Both the position numbers and the translations under genes were made by a program. Under the pieces are notes generated by a model that was not told the DNA's origin, searched no databases, and was given only the letters and a program-made list of their open reading frames with translations. Positions 17,557-26,810 of a stretch of 35,370 nt of DNA are shown one piece after another (position 1 is the first letter of the stretch; the number at the start of each line of letters is the position of its first letter). The stretch comes from a virus (lineage: Duplodnaviria; Heunggongvirae; Uroviricota; Caudoviricetes), in IMG/VR virus record IMGVR_UViG_2778261448_000004, positions 1-35,370 of that record; one strand, 5' to 3'.

Positions 17557-18713
17557 CAATCAGAAAACACCGTCAGGGAGAAACGATCAATATAACTTTC
17601 ACCTACAAAGGAGTTAAATGTCGTGAGCCACTTTCCAATCTGGAAGTAACACCAAAGAACATTAAATACGCCGAGCGCACACTCGGCGAAATTCATAATA
17701 AGATCGAAAGGGGAACATTCATTTATGCGGAATATTTTCCCCGTTCTGCTCGTTTGAAAATTTTTGGTAATGCTGCTGCAGGCAAAACGGTAAAAATGTA
17801 CCTGGACGAATACCTTGAAATCTGCGAAACGAGAAAACTTTCACCATCTACGATTGGTGGTTATAAAAAATGCCGTAGTGCGTTAGCCTCACTCCACATT
17901 TGCCCTGCAAGTGAATTAACACCAGCAATCCTGAAAGCGTGGATTCAAAGCCAGAAAACGACCTTAAAAACAATTCGCAACCAGTTATCTTTCCTGCGGT
18001 CAGCACTTGATGAAGCCGTAACCGATGGGGTACTTCAAATTAACCCCGTATCGTTGGTAACTGCTTCGCGCTACCAAAGTGATAAGTCAGAAGTAGAAAG
18101 CAGCTACGTGGTTGATCCGCTATCACCAACAGAAGTTGATGCATTACTAGCAGCAGCCGGAAACAAACAATGGGAGAATCTGTTCCGGTTCGCTATACAT
18201 ACAGGCCTGCGTAGTTCTGAATTATGTGCCCTTCGATGGCGTGATATCGACTTTGTTGGAAAAACTGCCCATGTCCAGAGCGCAAGTGTTGTCGGTGTTA
18301 TCAAAGGGACAAAGACAAAAGCAGGTACTCGTAAAGTTGAACTGACAGAAGAGGCAATGTTGGCGCTGATAAATCAGAAGCCATTTACATTCATGAAGGA
18401 TGCTACTGTCTTTGAAGACCCAAAGACCAATAAGCCTTGGGCAAGTGCTGATGCAATCAGGAAAAAAGCATGGGTGCCAACATTACGGAAAGCAGGTATT
18501 CGATACAGAAATCCATATCAAACTAGGCATACATTCGCCACCAGCCATATCAGCCGAGGAGCAAATCTGTTTTGGCTTGCAGCTCAAATGGGGCATAAAG
18601 GGCCGGAAATGCTTTTCAGGCATTATGGTTCGTATCTCGTAGACTATGATGGCAAGACAGCTTGTAAGGACCAAGTATCAAAAAATCCGGAGAACATGAA
18701 AATTGAGAAGTAA
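17517..18713 (+). CDS. tyrosine integrase of the lambdoid prophage
   Basis: 398 aa; N-terminal arm-binding-type region (LPRGVTIRKHRQGETINITFTYKGVKCRE); C-terminal catalytic region with R...HxxR...Y context (RHTFATSHISRGANLFWLAAQMGHKGPEMLFRHYGSY). Confidence 0.85.
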   Translation: MGQTKLLKLPRGVTIRKHRQGETINITFTYKGVKCREPLSNLEVTPKNIKYAERTLGEIHNKIERGTFIYAEYFPRSARLKIFGNAAAGKTVKMYLDEYLEICETRKLSPSTIGGYKKCRSALASLHICPASELTPAILKAWIQSQKTTLKTIRNQLSFLRSALDEAVTDGVLQINPVSLVTASRYQSDKSEVESSYVVDPLSPTEVDALLAAAGNKQWENLFRFAIHTGLRSSELCALRWRDIDFVGKTAHVQSASVVGVIKGTKTKAGTRKVELTEEAMLALINQKPFTFMKDATVFEDPKTNKPWASADAIRKKAWVPTLRKAGIRYRNPYQTRHTFATSHISRGANLFWLAAQMGHKGPEMLFRHYGSYLVDYDGKTACKDQVSKNPENMKIEK

Positions 18714-18903
18714 AACGCCCGATAGCACTAGCCCCCCTTCGCAAAACAGTAAAGCTTACAAGAATGTTAGCAGGATGATGAGGATAGTGTACAATGGTTT
18801 TAGTGTGCATTAAATGCAAAGATTTGACGTTTTTTGTCAAATTTGTGCTATAAAATCACTTTTAGTGGTTTTTAAGCTATGGGAAGTTAAAAGGGTATAA
18901 ATT

Positions 18904-20169
18904 ATGTTGATTGAGTTTACAGTACAAAACTATAAATCTATTTCAGAGAAACAAACACTGAGTTTAGTTGCATCAAAACTTAACGATTTGCCTAATAATC
19001 TGTTCAGTATTGATGAACCTAAATCTCTTGAATTGCTTAAAAGTGCTGTGATTTATGGCCCTAATGCTGCCGGAAAATCAAACATTATTAACGCTATTAC
19101 AACTATGGCTGAACTTATTGTCCGGTCTGCTACAGGTTATAAAAGTGGTGATAAACTTGATATCACGCCTTTTAGACTAGACTCAAAGAAGATTAATCAA
19201 CCATCTGAATTTGAAATTAACTTTATTTCCGAAGGCATCAGATACCAGTATGGTTTTTCTGCAACAGAAGATTTTATTCACGACGAATGGTTATTTGCAT
19301 TCCCCAAAGGCAGACCACAAAAATGGTTTTTACGTCTATGGGATGAAGAAAAACAAACCCATGAATGGGAGTTGGGGCCATCGTTGACAGGAGAAAAACA
19401 AACATGGTTGAAATCAACTAGGCCTAATGCGCTCTTTCTTTCTACAGCGGTACAATTAAACAGTGTACAACTAAAACCTGTATACGATTGGTTTTATTAC
19501 AAAGTTAAATTTACTGAATTAACAGGTTGGGATAGTGATTACAGTGCAAAGCAATGCTTAAATGATAAGAAAGATGAGATTCTCAATTTTTTAAAAGCTG
19601 CCGATGTAGGTATTGATGACATTCATGTAACAAAAGAAAAATTCAATCCCAATGCTCTTCCTGATGATATGCCTGCAGCCATCAAGGAACTAGTGATTAA
19701 GAATATGCAAGGCAAGGAAGAATATGTCATTAAAACACTTCATAATAATGAGGATGGAGAGCCAATTCCATTCGATTTAAAAGATGAATCGCATGGAACT
19801 AGAAAAATCTTTAGTTTCGCGGGTCCCTTATCACATTCACTCGAGACAGGAAACATCCTGTTTATTGATGAATTAAATGATAACTTACACCCCAAATTAG
19901 TTGAGTTTATTGTAGGTTTATTTCACGATAAAAATATCAATAAGAATGGTGCCCAGTTAATCTTTACAACTCATGAGACGTCTATTTTAAATCAAGATGT
20001 TTTCAGACGAGATCAGATTTGGTTTGTAGAAAAAGACAATTCAAAGCAAACAAATCTTTTCCCACTTACGGATTTTAGTCCAAGAAAAGGAAGGGAGAAT
20101 TTAGAAGCTTCTTATCTTGACGGTAGATATGGGGCTTTACCACTCATTGGGAAATGGGAGAGATATTAA
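18904..20169 (+). CDS. ABC-type AAA ATPase (AbiLi/AriA-like)
   Basis: 421 aa; Walker A GPNAAGKSN; Walker B ILFIDELNDNLHP; D-loop/H-loop region IFTTHE; low-GC; start close to an AT-rich upstream region. Confidence 0.8.
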   Translation: MLIEFTVQNYKSISEKQTLSLVASKLNDLPNNLFSIDEPKSLELLKSAVIYGPNAAGKSNIINAITTMAELIVRSATGYKSGDKLDITPFRLDSKKINQPSEFEINFISEGIRYQYGFSATEDFIHDEWLFAFPKGRPQKWFLRLWDEEKQTHEWELGPSLTGEKQTWLKSTRPNALFLSTAVQLNSVQLKPVYDWFYYKVKFTELTGWDSDYSAKQCLNDKKDEILNFLKAADVGIDDIHVTKEKFNPNALPDDMPAAIKELVIKNMQGKEEYVIKTLHNNEDGEPIPFDLKDESHGTRKIFSFAGPLSHSLETGNILFIDELNDNLHPKLVEFIVGLFHDKNINKNGAQLIFTTHETSILNQDVFRRDQIWFVEKDNSKQTNLFPLTDFSPRKGRENLEASYLDGRYGALPLIGKWERY

Positions 20170-20855
20170 TGGGAAGCGAAGATCTGTTCAAAAAAAGAAA
20201 GGCTCGGCGTAATAATGAATTCAAACGAGTTAGTAAAGCACGAGCTCAAATGAAGAAAATTCTTATCGTCTGTGAGGGAGAGAAGACTGAGCCCGCATAT
20301 TTTACAGATTTTATAAAACATTGCCGTATAAGCACGGCAAGCATAGTTGAGATTTCTGGAGAGTGCGGCTCAAGCCCTATGAATGTGGTATCTTGGGCAA
20401 AAGAAAAATATAATACGGAAAAAAAAAGGAGCGACCCTTATGATAAGGTTTATTGTGTCTTTGATAGAGACGCTCACCCTAACTATGATGAAGCTCTTAG
20501 CAGGATTAATTCCTTAAATCCAAAAGGGATTTTTGTTGCTATAACTTCCATACCATGTTTCGAGTACTGGCTGATACTACATTTTGGATACACCCGAAAA
20601 TCATTTTCACCTCAGAAAGGCAAAAGTGAAGGCGCACAAATGCTAGCTGAGTTAAAAAAATACATGCCAGATTATGAGAAAAAGGCATCAGGTGTATTTA
20701 ATAAATTGCAAGATCGGCTCGATACGGCATTAATCAATGCTAAAAGAGTCGAAGATGCCGCCAAAAAAGACGGTTCGATAAATCCTTCAACTAAAGTTGG
20801 CGCTTTGATTACAGATCTAATTAACATTCGTGATGACTTTGAAAATGAGAAGTAA
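20169..20855 (+). CDS. RloB-like / TOPRIM (OLD-family) protein, partner of the ATPase
   Basis: N-terminal motif ILIVCEGEKTEPAYF and downstream VFDRD acidic motif typical of RloB/TOPRIM proteins; ATG 20169 overlaps the ATPase stop (TAATG) with GGGAGAG RBS; alternative in-frame ATG at 20154. Confidence 0.75.
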   Translation: MGSEDLFKKRKARRNNEFKRVSKARAQMKKILIVCEGEKTEPAYFTDFIKHCRISTASIVEISGECGSSPMNVVSWAKEKYNTEKKRSDPYDKVYCVFDRDAHPNYDEALSRINSLNPKGIFVAITSIPCFEYWLILHFGYTRKSFSPQKGKSEGAQMLAELKKYMPDYEKKASGVFNKLQDRLDTALINAKRVEDAAKKDGSINPSTKVGALITDLINIRDDFENEK

Positions 20856-20980
20856 AAATAACATGTCATGATGTAGCGACGGCAGCATGTTTAAGTTCAA
20901 ATGGCAAAGTGTACGCGAAGTATACGCGGATCAAAAACAATAGAAAAAACGTATATTTTACAAAAGATTATATAAATTTT

Positions 20981-21011
20981 GACGCGGGTTCAACTCCCGC
21001 CAGCTCCACCA
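20981..21011 (+). other. ssrA: att core: 31-nt duplicate of the ssrA (tmRNA) 3' end
   Basis: GACGCGGGTTCAACTCCCGCCAGCTCCACCA equals the 3' terminus of E. coli tmRNA including CCA; the sequence upstream is not tmRNA, so this is an integration-site repeat rather than an intact gene. Confidence 0.8.
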
Positions 21012-21057
21012 AAATTCTCCATCGGTGATTACCAGAGTCATCCGATGAAGTCCTAAG

Positions 21058-21091
21058 AGCCCGCACGGCGCAAGCCCTGCGGGCTTTTTTG
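21058..21091 (+). terminator. intrinsic terminator (native ssrA terminator)
   Basis: AGCCCGCA ... TGCGGGCT stem followed by TTTTTT. Confidence 0.6.
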
Positions 21092-21144
21092 TGCCCTCAA
21101 TTTGTCCCGCGAAGTCCGAAGAAAACTAATTAAATCCGATCCTT

Positions 21145-21198
21145 TTAGGCACCTTGTTAGGCACCTCATAAAGCTTTATTGTTTTTTGAGGTGCCTAA
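21145..21198. promoter_or_regulatory. three copies of a 9-bp motif upstream of the P4-type integrase gene
   Basis: TTAGGCACC at 21145-21153 and 21157-21165 (direct), GGTGCCTAA at 21190-21198 (inverted), 19 bp before the int start. Confidence 0.45.
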
Positions 21199-21216
21199 AA
21201 CTATGGAAACCCGGCA

Positions 21217-22458
21217 ATGGCAAGACAAACCAAACCTCTATCCGTTAAAGAAATAGAATCAGCCAAACCCAAGGAGGCGGACTACGTTCTCTATGATGGC
21301 GATGGCCTTGAGCTACTCATTAAATCCAGCGGGAGTAAAATCTGGCAGTTTCGCTACATTCGCCCTGTCACCAAGAAACGAGCAAAGAAGAGCATAGGCT
21401 CCTACCCGTCAGTTACCCTTGCCGATGCCAGAAACTACCGTGCAGAGTCCCGCTCACTACTGGCTAAACAGATCGATCCGCAGGAACATCAGCAAGAACA
21501 ATTGCGCAGTTCGCTGGAAGCCAAAACCAACACTTTCCAACTCGTAGCTGAACGTTGGTGGAATGTGAAGAAAGCCAGTGTGACAGAGGACTATGCGGAA
21601 GATATCTGGCGCTCTCTTGAAAGAGACGTCTTTCCTGCGATTGGCGACGTTAGCGTTACAGATATTAAAGCTCATACACTGGTTCAGGCCGTACAACCGG
21701 TTCAGGCCAGAGGAGCACTGGAAACTGTTCGTCGCCTGTGCCAACGTATTAATGAGGTCATGATCTATGCCCAGAACACAGGGCTGATTGATGCTGTTCC
21801 CAGCGTTAATATCGGTAAAGCCTTCGAGAAGCCTCAGAAAAAGAACATGCCCAGCATTCGACCGGATCAGCTACCTCAGTTAATGCAGACGATGCGAACA
21901 GCCAGCATTAGCCTTTCCACACGCTGCCTGTTCATGTGGCAACTTCTTACTATTACCCGCCCTGCCGAAGCGGCTGAAGCTCTCTGGGAAGAGGTAGACA
22001 TAGAAGCGCGAGAGTGGAAGATTCCTGCAGCACGCATGAAAATGAACCGCGACCATACTGTTCCATTGTCAGATGAAGCAATTGCGATACTAGAGATGAT
22101 GAAGCCGTTAAGTGGAAATCGAGAATTTATCTTTCCCAGCCGCATCAAGCCAAACCAGCCGATGAACAGTCAGACCGTAAACGCATCGCTAAAACGCGCA
22201 GGTTTTGGTGGGGTGCTCGTTTCACACGGCCTGCGATCTATCGCCAGTACAGCCCTTAATGAGCAGGGATTTCCACCTGATGTTATTGAGGCTGCACTTG
22301 CTCATGTGGATAAGAATGAGGTTCGTCGTGCGTATAACCGTAGTGATTATCTTGAGCAGCGACGGCCTATGATGCAGTGGTGGGCTGATTTTGTGATGGC
22401 TGCAGATCACGGTAGTATGATTGAAGGAGGGATAAAGGCAATGCGGTTAGTTGGATGA
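21217..22458 (+). CDS. intA: P4-family tyrosine integrase (CP4-57 IntA-like) adjacent to ssrA
   Basis: 413 aa starting MARQTKPLSVKEIESAKPKEADYVLYDGDGLELLIKSSGSKIWQFRY, the typical P4-type integrase N-terminus; about 205 bp downstream of the tmRNA 3' end, as for ssrA-intA in E. coli K-12 (recollection). Confidence 0.8.
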   Translation: MARQTKPLSVKEIESAKPKEADYVLYDGDGLELLIKSSGSKIWQFRYIRPVTKKRAKKSIGSYPSVTLADARNYRAESRSLLAKQIDPQEHQQEQLRSSLEAKTNTFQLVAERWWNVKKASVTEDYAEDIWRSLERDVFPAIGDVSVTDIKAHTLVQAVQPVQARGALETVRRLCQRINEVMIYAQNTGLIDAVPSVNIGKAFEKPQKKNMPSIRPDQLPQLMQTMRTASISLSTRCLFMWQLLTITRPAEAAEALWEEVDIEAREWKIPAARMKMNRDHTVPLSDEAIAILEMMKPLSGNREFIFPSRIKPNQPMNSQTVNASLKRAGFGGVLVSHGLRSIASTALNEQGFPPDVIEAALAHVDKNEVRRAYNRSDYLEQRRPMMQWWADFVMAADHGSMIEGGIKAMRLVG

Positions 22459-22538
22459 CATGTCGTAGCTAAAACCCGTTCTGTTTTTGGGTAGATTAAC
22501 CTGAAGGTCTGCAATTTTAAATGACGCTGAAAGAAGTT

Positions 22539-22565
22539 AAACCCTGCTCTTAAGCAGGGTTTTTA
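22539..22565. terminator. bidirectional intrinsic terminator between convergent int and giant gene
   Basis: AAACCCTGC-TCTTAA-GCAGGGTTT perfect 9-bp stem flanked by A-run and T-run. Confidence 0.65.
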
Positions 22566-22596
22566 TGATTTATTCTAATTTTGGTTTTGAATCTTT

Positions 22597-25500
22597 CTAT
22601 TTTAAATCAGCCTTTGCGGCTCGAATATCTGCGTTTTTTGCTGAGTATTCCCATTCGTCAGCGATTCTAAATAGCATTGCAGAAGTACGGACGCAGTGGG
22701 GCATTGAATTTGCCCATTCTCGGTACTGCTCAGCTAATATCCTTTCTTGGTTTCCACCTTCGTAACGCATACGAGCAAATACCCCCCTTTTATTGTACCT
22801 ACCAATTTGTATACCTTGCTCTAACTCATCAGAAGATAATATTTCAATGATGTGCCGAATTGCTTCATGTGGCCAGGAATTATCTACTGAGCTATTAGGG
22901 GCATGTGCCAGAATTTTTCCTATTACATGATCAGTGATTTCTTGGCGATGATGCAATTTTGCTAAATGGCGTACATTCTCACACCAATCTTCAAGTTTAT
23001 CTTGATCAATTTCATTGTCTATCTGCCCTGGTAGTATTCGTAATTTTTCAAGTAATCTGTATATAGAAGTAGCTCTTTTAACTTCCAACTCCGATGGTTC
23101 TGTTTGTTCATCTTCGTCACTACGATATACAATACATATTGCTTCTATAAAAACCTCTGGCTTTTTCATCATTAGACGATGCAGGATAAGTGGCTCATCG
23201 CTATCCGGAAAACAAGGCAAGTAGGTCATTTCTTTAAATGCCAAATCTGTTTCAGAAACATCGTTACGTTGTTTGAGTTCATCAAAAACTTTTTTTACAT
23301 AGTACGATAGCATTGTATCAAATTGGATATCCTGGCTATTTATTTCTTTAACGACTATATCTAGAAGATATAAAAGTGTTGTAGATGGAATCTCAGAAAG
23401 GCGTTGATTTGCTGATATAATAGCAGCAAGACCCCGGCCCCTTTCTATATATTTATCCATAAGAACAAATAAATCCGAAGTTTTACCCATCATTGCAATG
23501 GGTTGTTTTTGCAACCAATATTTTTCGTTGATGTTATCTTCAAACCCTTCAATAATGCTCCATATCTCTTGTGAGTCTCTTAACGATGCTAAGATTTTCC
23601 CAGCCCTATCAGGGGTAATTTTAAACTGTTTAAAATACACTTTTATTTTATTAAGCCATTCAGCACCAAAGCATTCAACACCATATTGCATTAACAACCC
23701 ACAAACTTCATCAATATTTTTTTTGTTGTTAATAAGCATTACAAACAAATCATTTAATTTTTCTTCATCCAACGAGAGTGCTGATATATGCCTTGCTGCA
23801 ATAAAAACATTATTAACTTGTTGAAAAAGGTCTTTCACCCCAGACAAACCTAAAGTAAAGTATATTTCCCTAAGTTTTTCACTTCGCATTTCTTCGACAG
23901 AAGAAAAAATTCCGCCAGCATTTTCAATTGACTCTTCAATATCAGAATCCCAATCATTGAAAATCCATAAACTGGCTCTAACCATGTCAATTGGTTTATA
24001 ATTATCAAGTATTTTCGCTATTTTTTCCATAGACTCAAATTTAAATGCCCAGTTCGCATCTGAATATTTTTTATGGCGAGAATACTCATGACGCAAAGCC
24101 TCCCATACGATGAACTGATCCTCTTCAGTTTGTTGAGAAAGGCAAAGTTCAAGATGAGAAAGTGTTTCATCTATTGCATTCTCAGGGAATGAGCTTAAAT
24201 GAGAGATTAGGATTTCCCATCTTGTTGGGAGTATACCTGCAAGTTTAATTGCTTCTTGGATAATAAAGATTTGCCCCTCCCAAACAACGCCCCACGTTAG
24301 TTTTTCTACATCTTTATCCGACTCTCTGAACTTCATTTTTTGGTTTTGATCAGAGGTATCATGGGAGCGAGGAAGGAGATTTTGTAACAAACTCCACCCA
24401 ATACTAGGAACAATAGTGATAATTTTTTTTATAATTGCATTTCTAACTTTTACTGGTGCCCATGTATTAGGAGACCATGCCAGAAAAATGGTTCTTAAAC
24501 TATTAAGAGGGCGATCTGAGTAAGTTCCTCCGGGATCTATTACAGCGAGTTTTGCAAGACAGATTGCAGCGCGTAATAGATATGTTTGTTCCCAAGCCAA
24601 GGCTTCCAATGCCCATTTTAATCCATGATAATGACTTCGAGGAGTTAACAGCCCTTTATCTTCATTGAATATTGGAGCAATCATTTCCCCATTGCCCTTA
24701 AGCAATTGCTCAAGGGCATCAAGGAAAGGGCCAGGGGCAGCTTCTGCCAGCAGCGGAAGTTGATCTCGCAAACTAACAAATAGTCGATGGTCGTTAGCAA
24801 GTCCCGGAATACTCTGAACTATTTTGTTAACAAAATCTTGGGGTGTCATACCAGTAACCCGGAATTCGGCCTGTTCATGTAATATTGCCATATGTAGCAA
24901 AACTGTTGTCATTCCATTACGTAACCACGAGCTATAAGACGTTTTAATACCATTGTCAGGTACAAACAGATCTTCGGCCTTTGGTGGTTCAGGAATATAG
25001 GAAAAAACCTCTCTTACGGCCTTCTCAAAACGCTCCAGGTGTTCTTCACCCAGCAAATAGCCTAAATGTACAAAAGCATCTACCGACGAACGCAATGACC
25101 AAATATCATCTACTCGGTCAATTGGAGAATCGCGGCGCTTTGTTAATAGCCTTAATGGATTTTCAACTTGAGAATAGTCTGTATAGCCAGCTAGTTGCTT
25201 GAGAATTAACTTATCTTTCTCTGAACATGTACTCCATGCACCAGCTAATAAAGCAGGGAGCAACTCAGGGCTGTCTTTCCATTCAGGTGATTCAGCCGTG
25301 CTACTTGATATCTGGCGAGCCAAAACAGACAAACTTCGGCCACACTGCCGCGCTATTTGATAACTATTATCTGAATCAAACCCCATAGATTCAAGAGCCT
25401 TACCTAAAGATATACTATCTGGGCGGATCAGAAGTTCGTGATCAGTTCGTGTTTCATCGGCTCCGGCACTTACTACTGTGATAGATGCTTGCTGTAATAA

Positions 25501-26343
25501 ACCGGCTAAAGCTCTTGCTCGATCACGTGGTAAGAAGATCATTCCTCTTTTTCCAGAAAGCTGTCTTGCAGCATCATCCGTATCAATAATTAGTGCTCGA
25601 CTTTGAAAGGAATGTCGAAGTTCCGCTTCAGTGGTTCTGATAGCTGCAATCGCAAAAGCAATAACCTCATCCGGAGAATCTGCAGCTAAAGATATTTTTC
25701 GACCATTTTCTCGTAACTCATTCAGAAAACGCTCTTTTTGCTTTTCTCTCCCCGCCAGCAAGACTGCTTCAGTTAAAGGGGGATTAAATTTAGTGGAAAA
25801 TTCATCCCAAAACTCCTTAATGCTTCTAACACCAACCTGTGGCATTAGCTCAAGATGGTAGCGAGCGTAGTAAGCAGCTACAGCAGGGCAAACACCGAGC
25901 CAATCTTCAAGCATAGAACCATCAATTAATTTGATGTCTTTCCACTTACCACTATTGCGTTTCTCTTGTAGCCAGTCTTCAAGCTTTACCTTAGGATTAT
26001 CCCATGTTCTTAATGAAGCGAAAACAAAAGTAGTCTTTAGACGTATCTCTGGAGCAACTTCGCGTGTTCTTTTTTCGTAATCAAAGTTAGCTTTATCAAG
26101 CAATTTTTCATTAACACCAAATTCCCAGAATGAGTCGCCATCAGGAACATAGGGGGCCACCCCCTCGGCTTTAAGTACACCGTCATAACCTCTAACCTGT
26201 CCCTTATCACCATTAGGAAATCTAATTTCAGTAATACTGTTAGCCGTTGCACGTATAAGATCAGCGATTAGTGCTGGAAAAATAACTTTTGCAGGAATAG
26301 AATCTGCCCATTGCTGAAGGTTAAGTGCTTTTATCCATTTCAT
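22597..26343 (-). CDS. giant hypothetical protein (1248 aa), no canonical P-loop; low-GC island cargo
   Basis: Single uninterrupted ORF with ATG and GGAG RBS; N-terminal segment with a PDGD motif (GVAPYVPDGDSFWEFGVNEK); rest predicted helical; R-x5-H (RHLAKLH) near C-terminus. Function not recognisable. Confidence 0.8.
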   Translation of the reverse strand: MKWIKALNLQQWADSIPAKVIFPALIADLIRATANSITEIRFPNGDKGQVRGYDGVLKAEGVAPYVPDGDSFWEFGVNEKLLDKANFDYEKRTREVAPEIRLKTTFVFASLRTWDNPKVKLEDWLQEKRNSGKWKDIKLIDGSMLEDWLGVCPAVAAYYARYHLELMPQVGVRSIKEFWDEFSTKFNPPLTEAVLLAGREKQKERFLNELRENGRKISLAADSPDEVIAFAIAAIRTTEAELRHSFQSRALIIDTDDAARQLSGKRGMIFLPRDRARALAGLLQQASITVVSAGADETRTDHELLIRPDSISLGKALESMGFDSDNSYQIARQCGRSLSVLARQISSSTAESPEWKDSPELLPALLAGAWSTCSEKDKLILKQLAGYTDYSQVENPLRLLTKRRDSPIDRVDDIWSLRSSVDAFVHLGYLLGEEHLERFEKAVREVFSYIPEPPKAEDLFVPDNGIKTSYSSWLRNGMTTVLLHMAILHEQAEFRVTGMTPQDFVNKIVQSIPGLANDHRLFVSLRDQLPLLAEAAPGPFLDALEQLLKGNGEMIAPIFNEDKGLLTPRSHYHGLKWALEALAWEQTYLLRAAICLAKLAVIDPGGTYSDRPLNSLRTIFLAWSPNTWAPVKVRNAIIKKIITIVPSIGWSLLQNLLPRSHDTSDQNQKMKFRESDKDVEKLTWGVVWEGQIFIIQEAIKLAGILPTRWEILISHLSSFPENAIDETLSHLELCLSQQTEEDQFIVWEALRHEYSRHKKYSDANWAFKFESMEKIAKILDNYKPIDMVRASLWIFNDWDSDIEESIENAGGIFSSVEEMRSEKLREIYFTLGLSGVKDLFQQVNNVFIAARHISALSLDEEKLNDLFVMLINNKKNIDEVCGLLMQYGVECFGAEWLNKIKVYFKQFKITPDRAGKILASLRDSQEIWSIIEGFEDNINEKYWLQKQPIAMMGKTSDLFVLMDKYIERGRGLAAIISANQRLSEIPSTTLLYLLDIVVKEINSQDIQFDTMLSYYVKKVFDELKQRNDVSETDLAFKEMTYLPCFPDSDEPLILHRLMMKKPEVFIEAICIVYRSDEDEQTEPSELEVKRATSIYRLLEKLRILPGQIDNEIDQDKLEDWCENVRHLAKLHHRQEITDHVIGKILAHAPNSSVDNSWPHEAIRHIIEILSSDELEQGIQIGRYNKRGVFARMRYEGGNQERILAEQYREWANSMPHCVRTSAMLFRIADEWEYSAKNADIRAAKADLK

Positions 26344-26810
26344 ATTGGTACTCCACCCAATAAAATTTTAAACAACCAAATCTAAAAAAAACTAATATTA
26401 AAAATTCATTTTTAATGTACACAAAATGCTAACAAAATTGCTAAAGAGTAAAAAATCAGGACTTATTTATTGATCTTAAACATTAGCCAAATTTTTAAAC
26501 TCGCACTAAACCACCTCAAGAATAAAAAATCATCAAGTTAGTGGAACTTTTTGCACCTAGAATGCTCGTTAACCTCACAGTCATATAAAGCATGAGCCTG
26601 TCCTTTGTTCATACTAGACCTTAGTTTCATACATACTGATAGCTCTACGTAAAAGTAGGTATGATCGACATCACAGTTCTGAGTCAGAACATCTTAACCA
26701 ATTGAAGTGGATGGTTTTAATTGTAAATGTTCAGCGGACATCTCTTCCCTCATTGGTTAGACTAAGAGCAACTTTTTCTATGGTCGCAATATCTTTTATA
26801 GGGTTTAAAA

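Noticed and set aside
20981-21011. Intact tmRNA (ssrA) gene
   Set aside because: Only the terminal 31 nt match tmRNA; the upstream ~330 nt expected for a full gene are replaced by unrelated AT-rich sequence, so this is an att-site duplicate.
22565-25861. Plus-strand ORFs (66-108 aa) inside the 1248-aa minus-strand gene
   Set aside because: Antisense frames within a long AT-rich ORF where stop-free stretches arise by chance; no RBS or operon logic.
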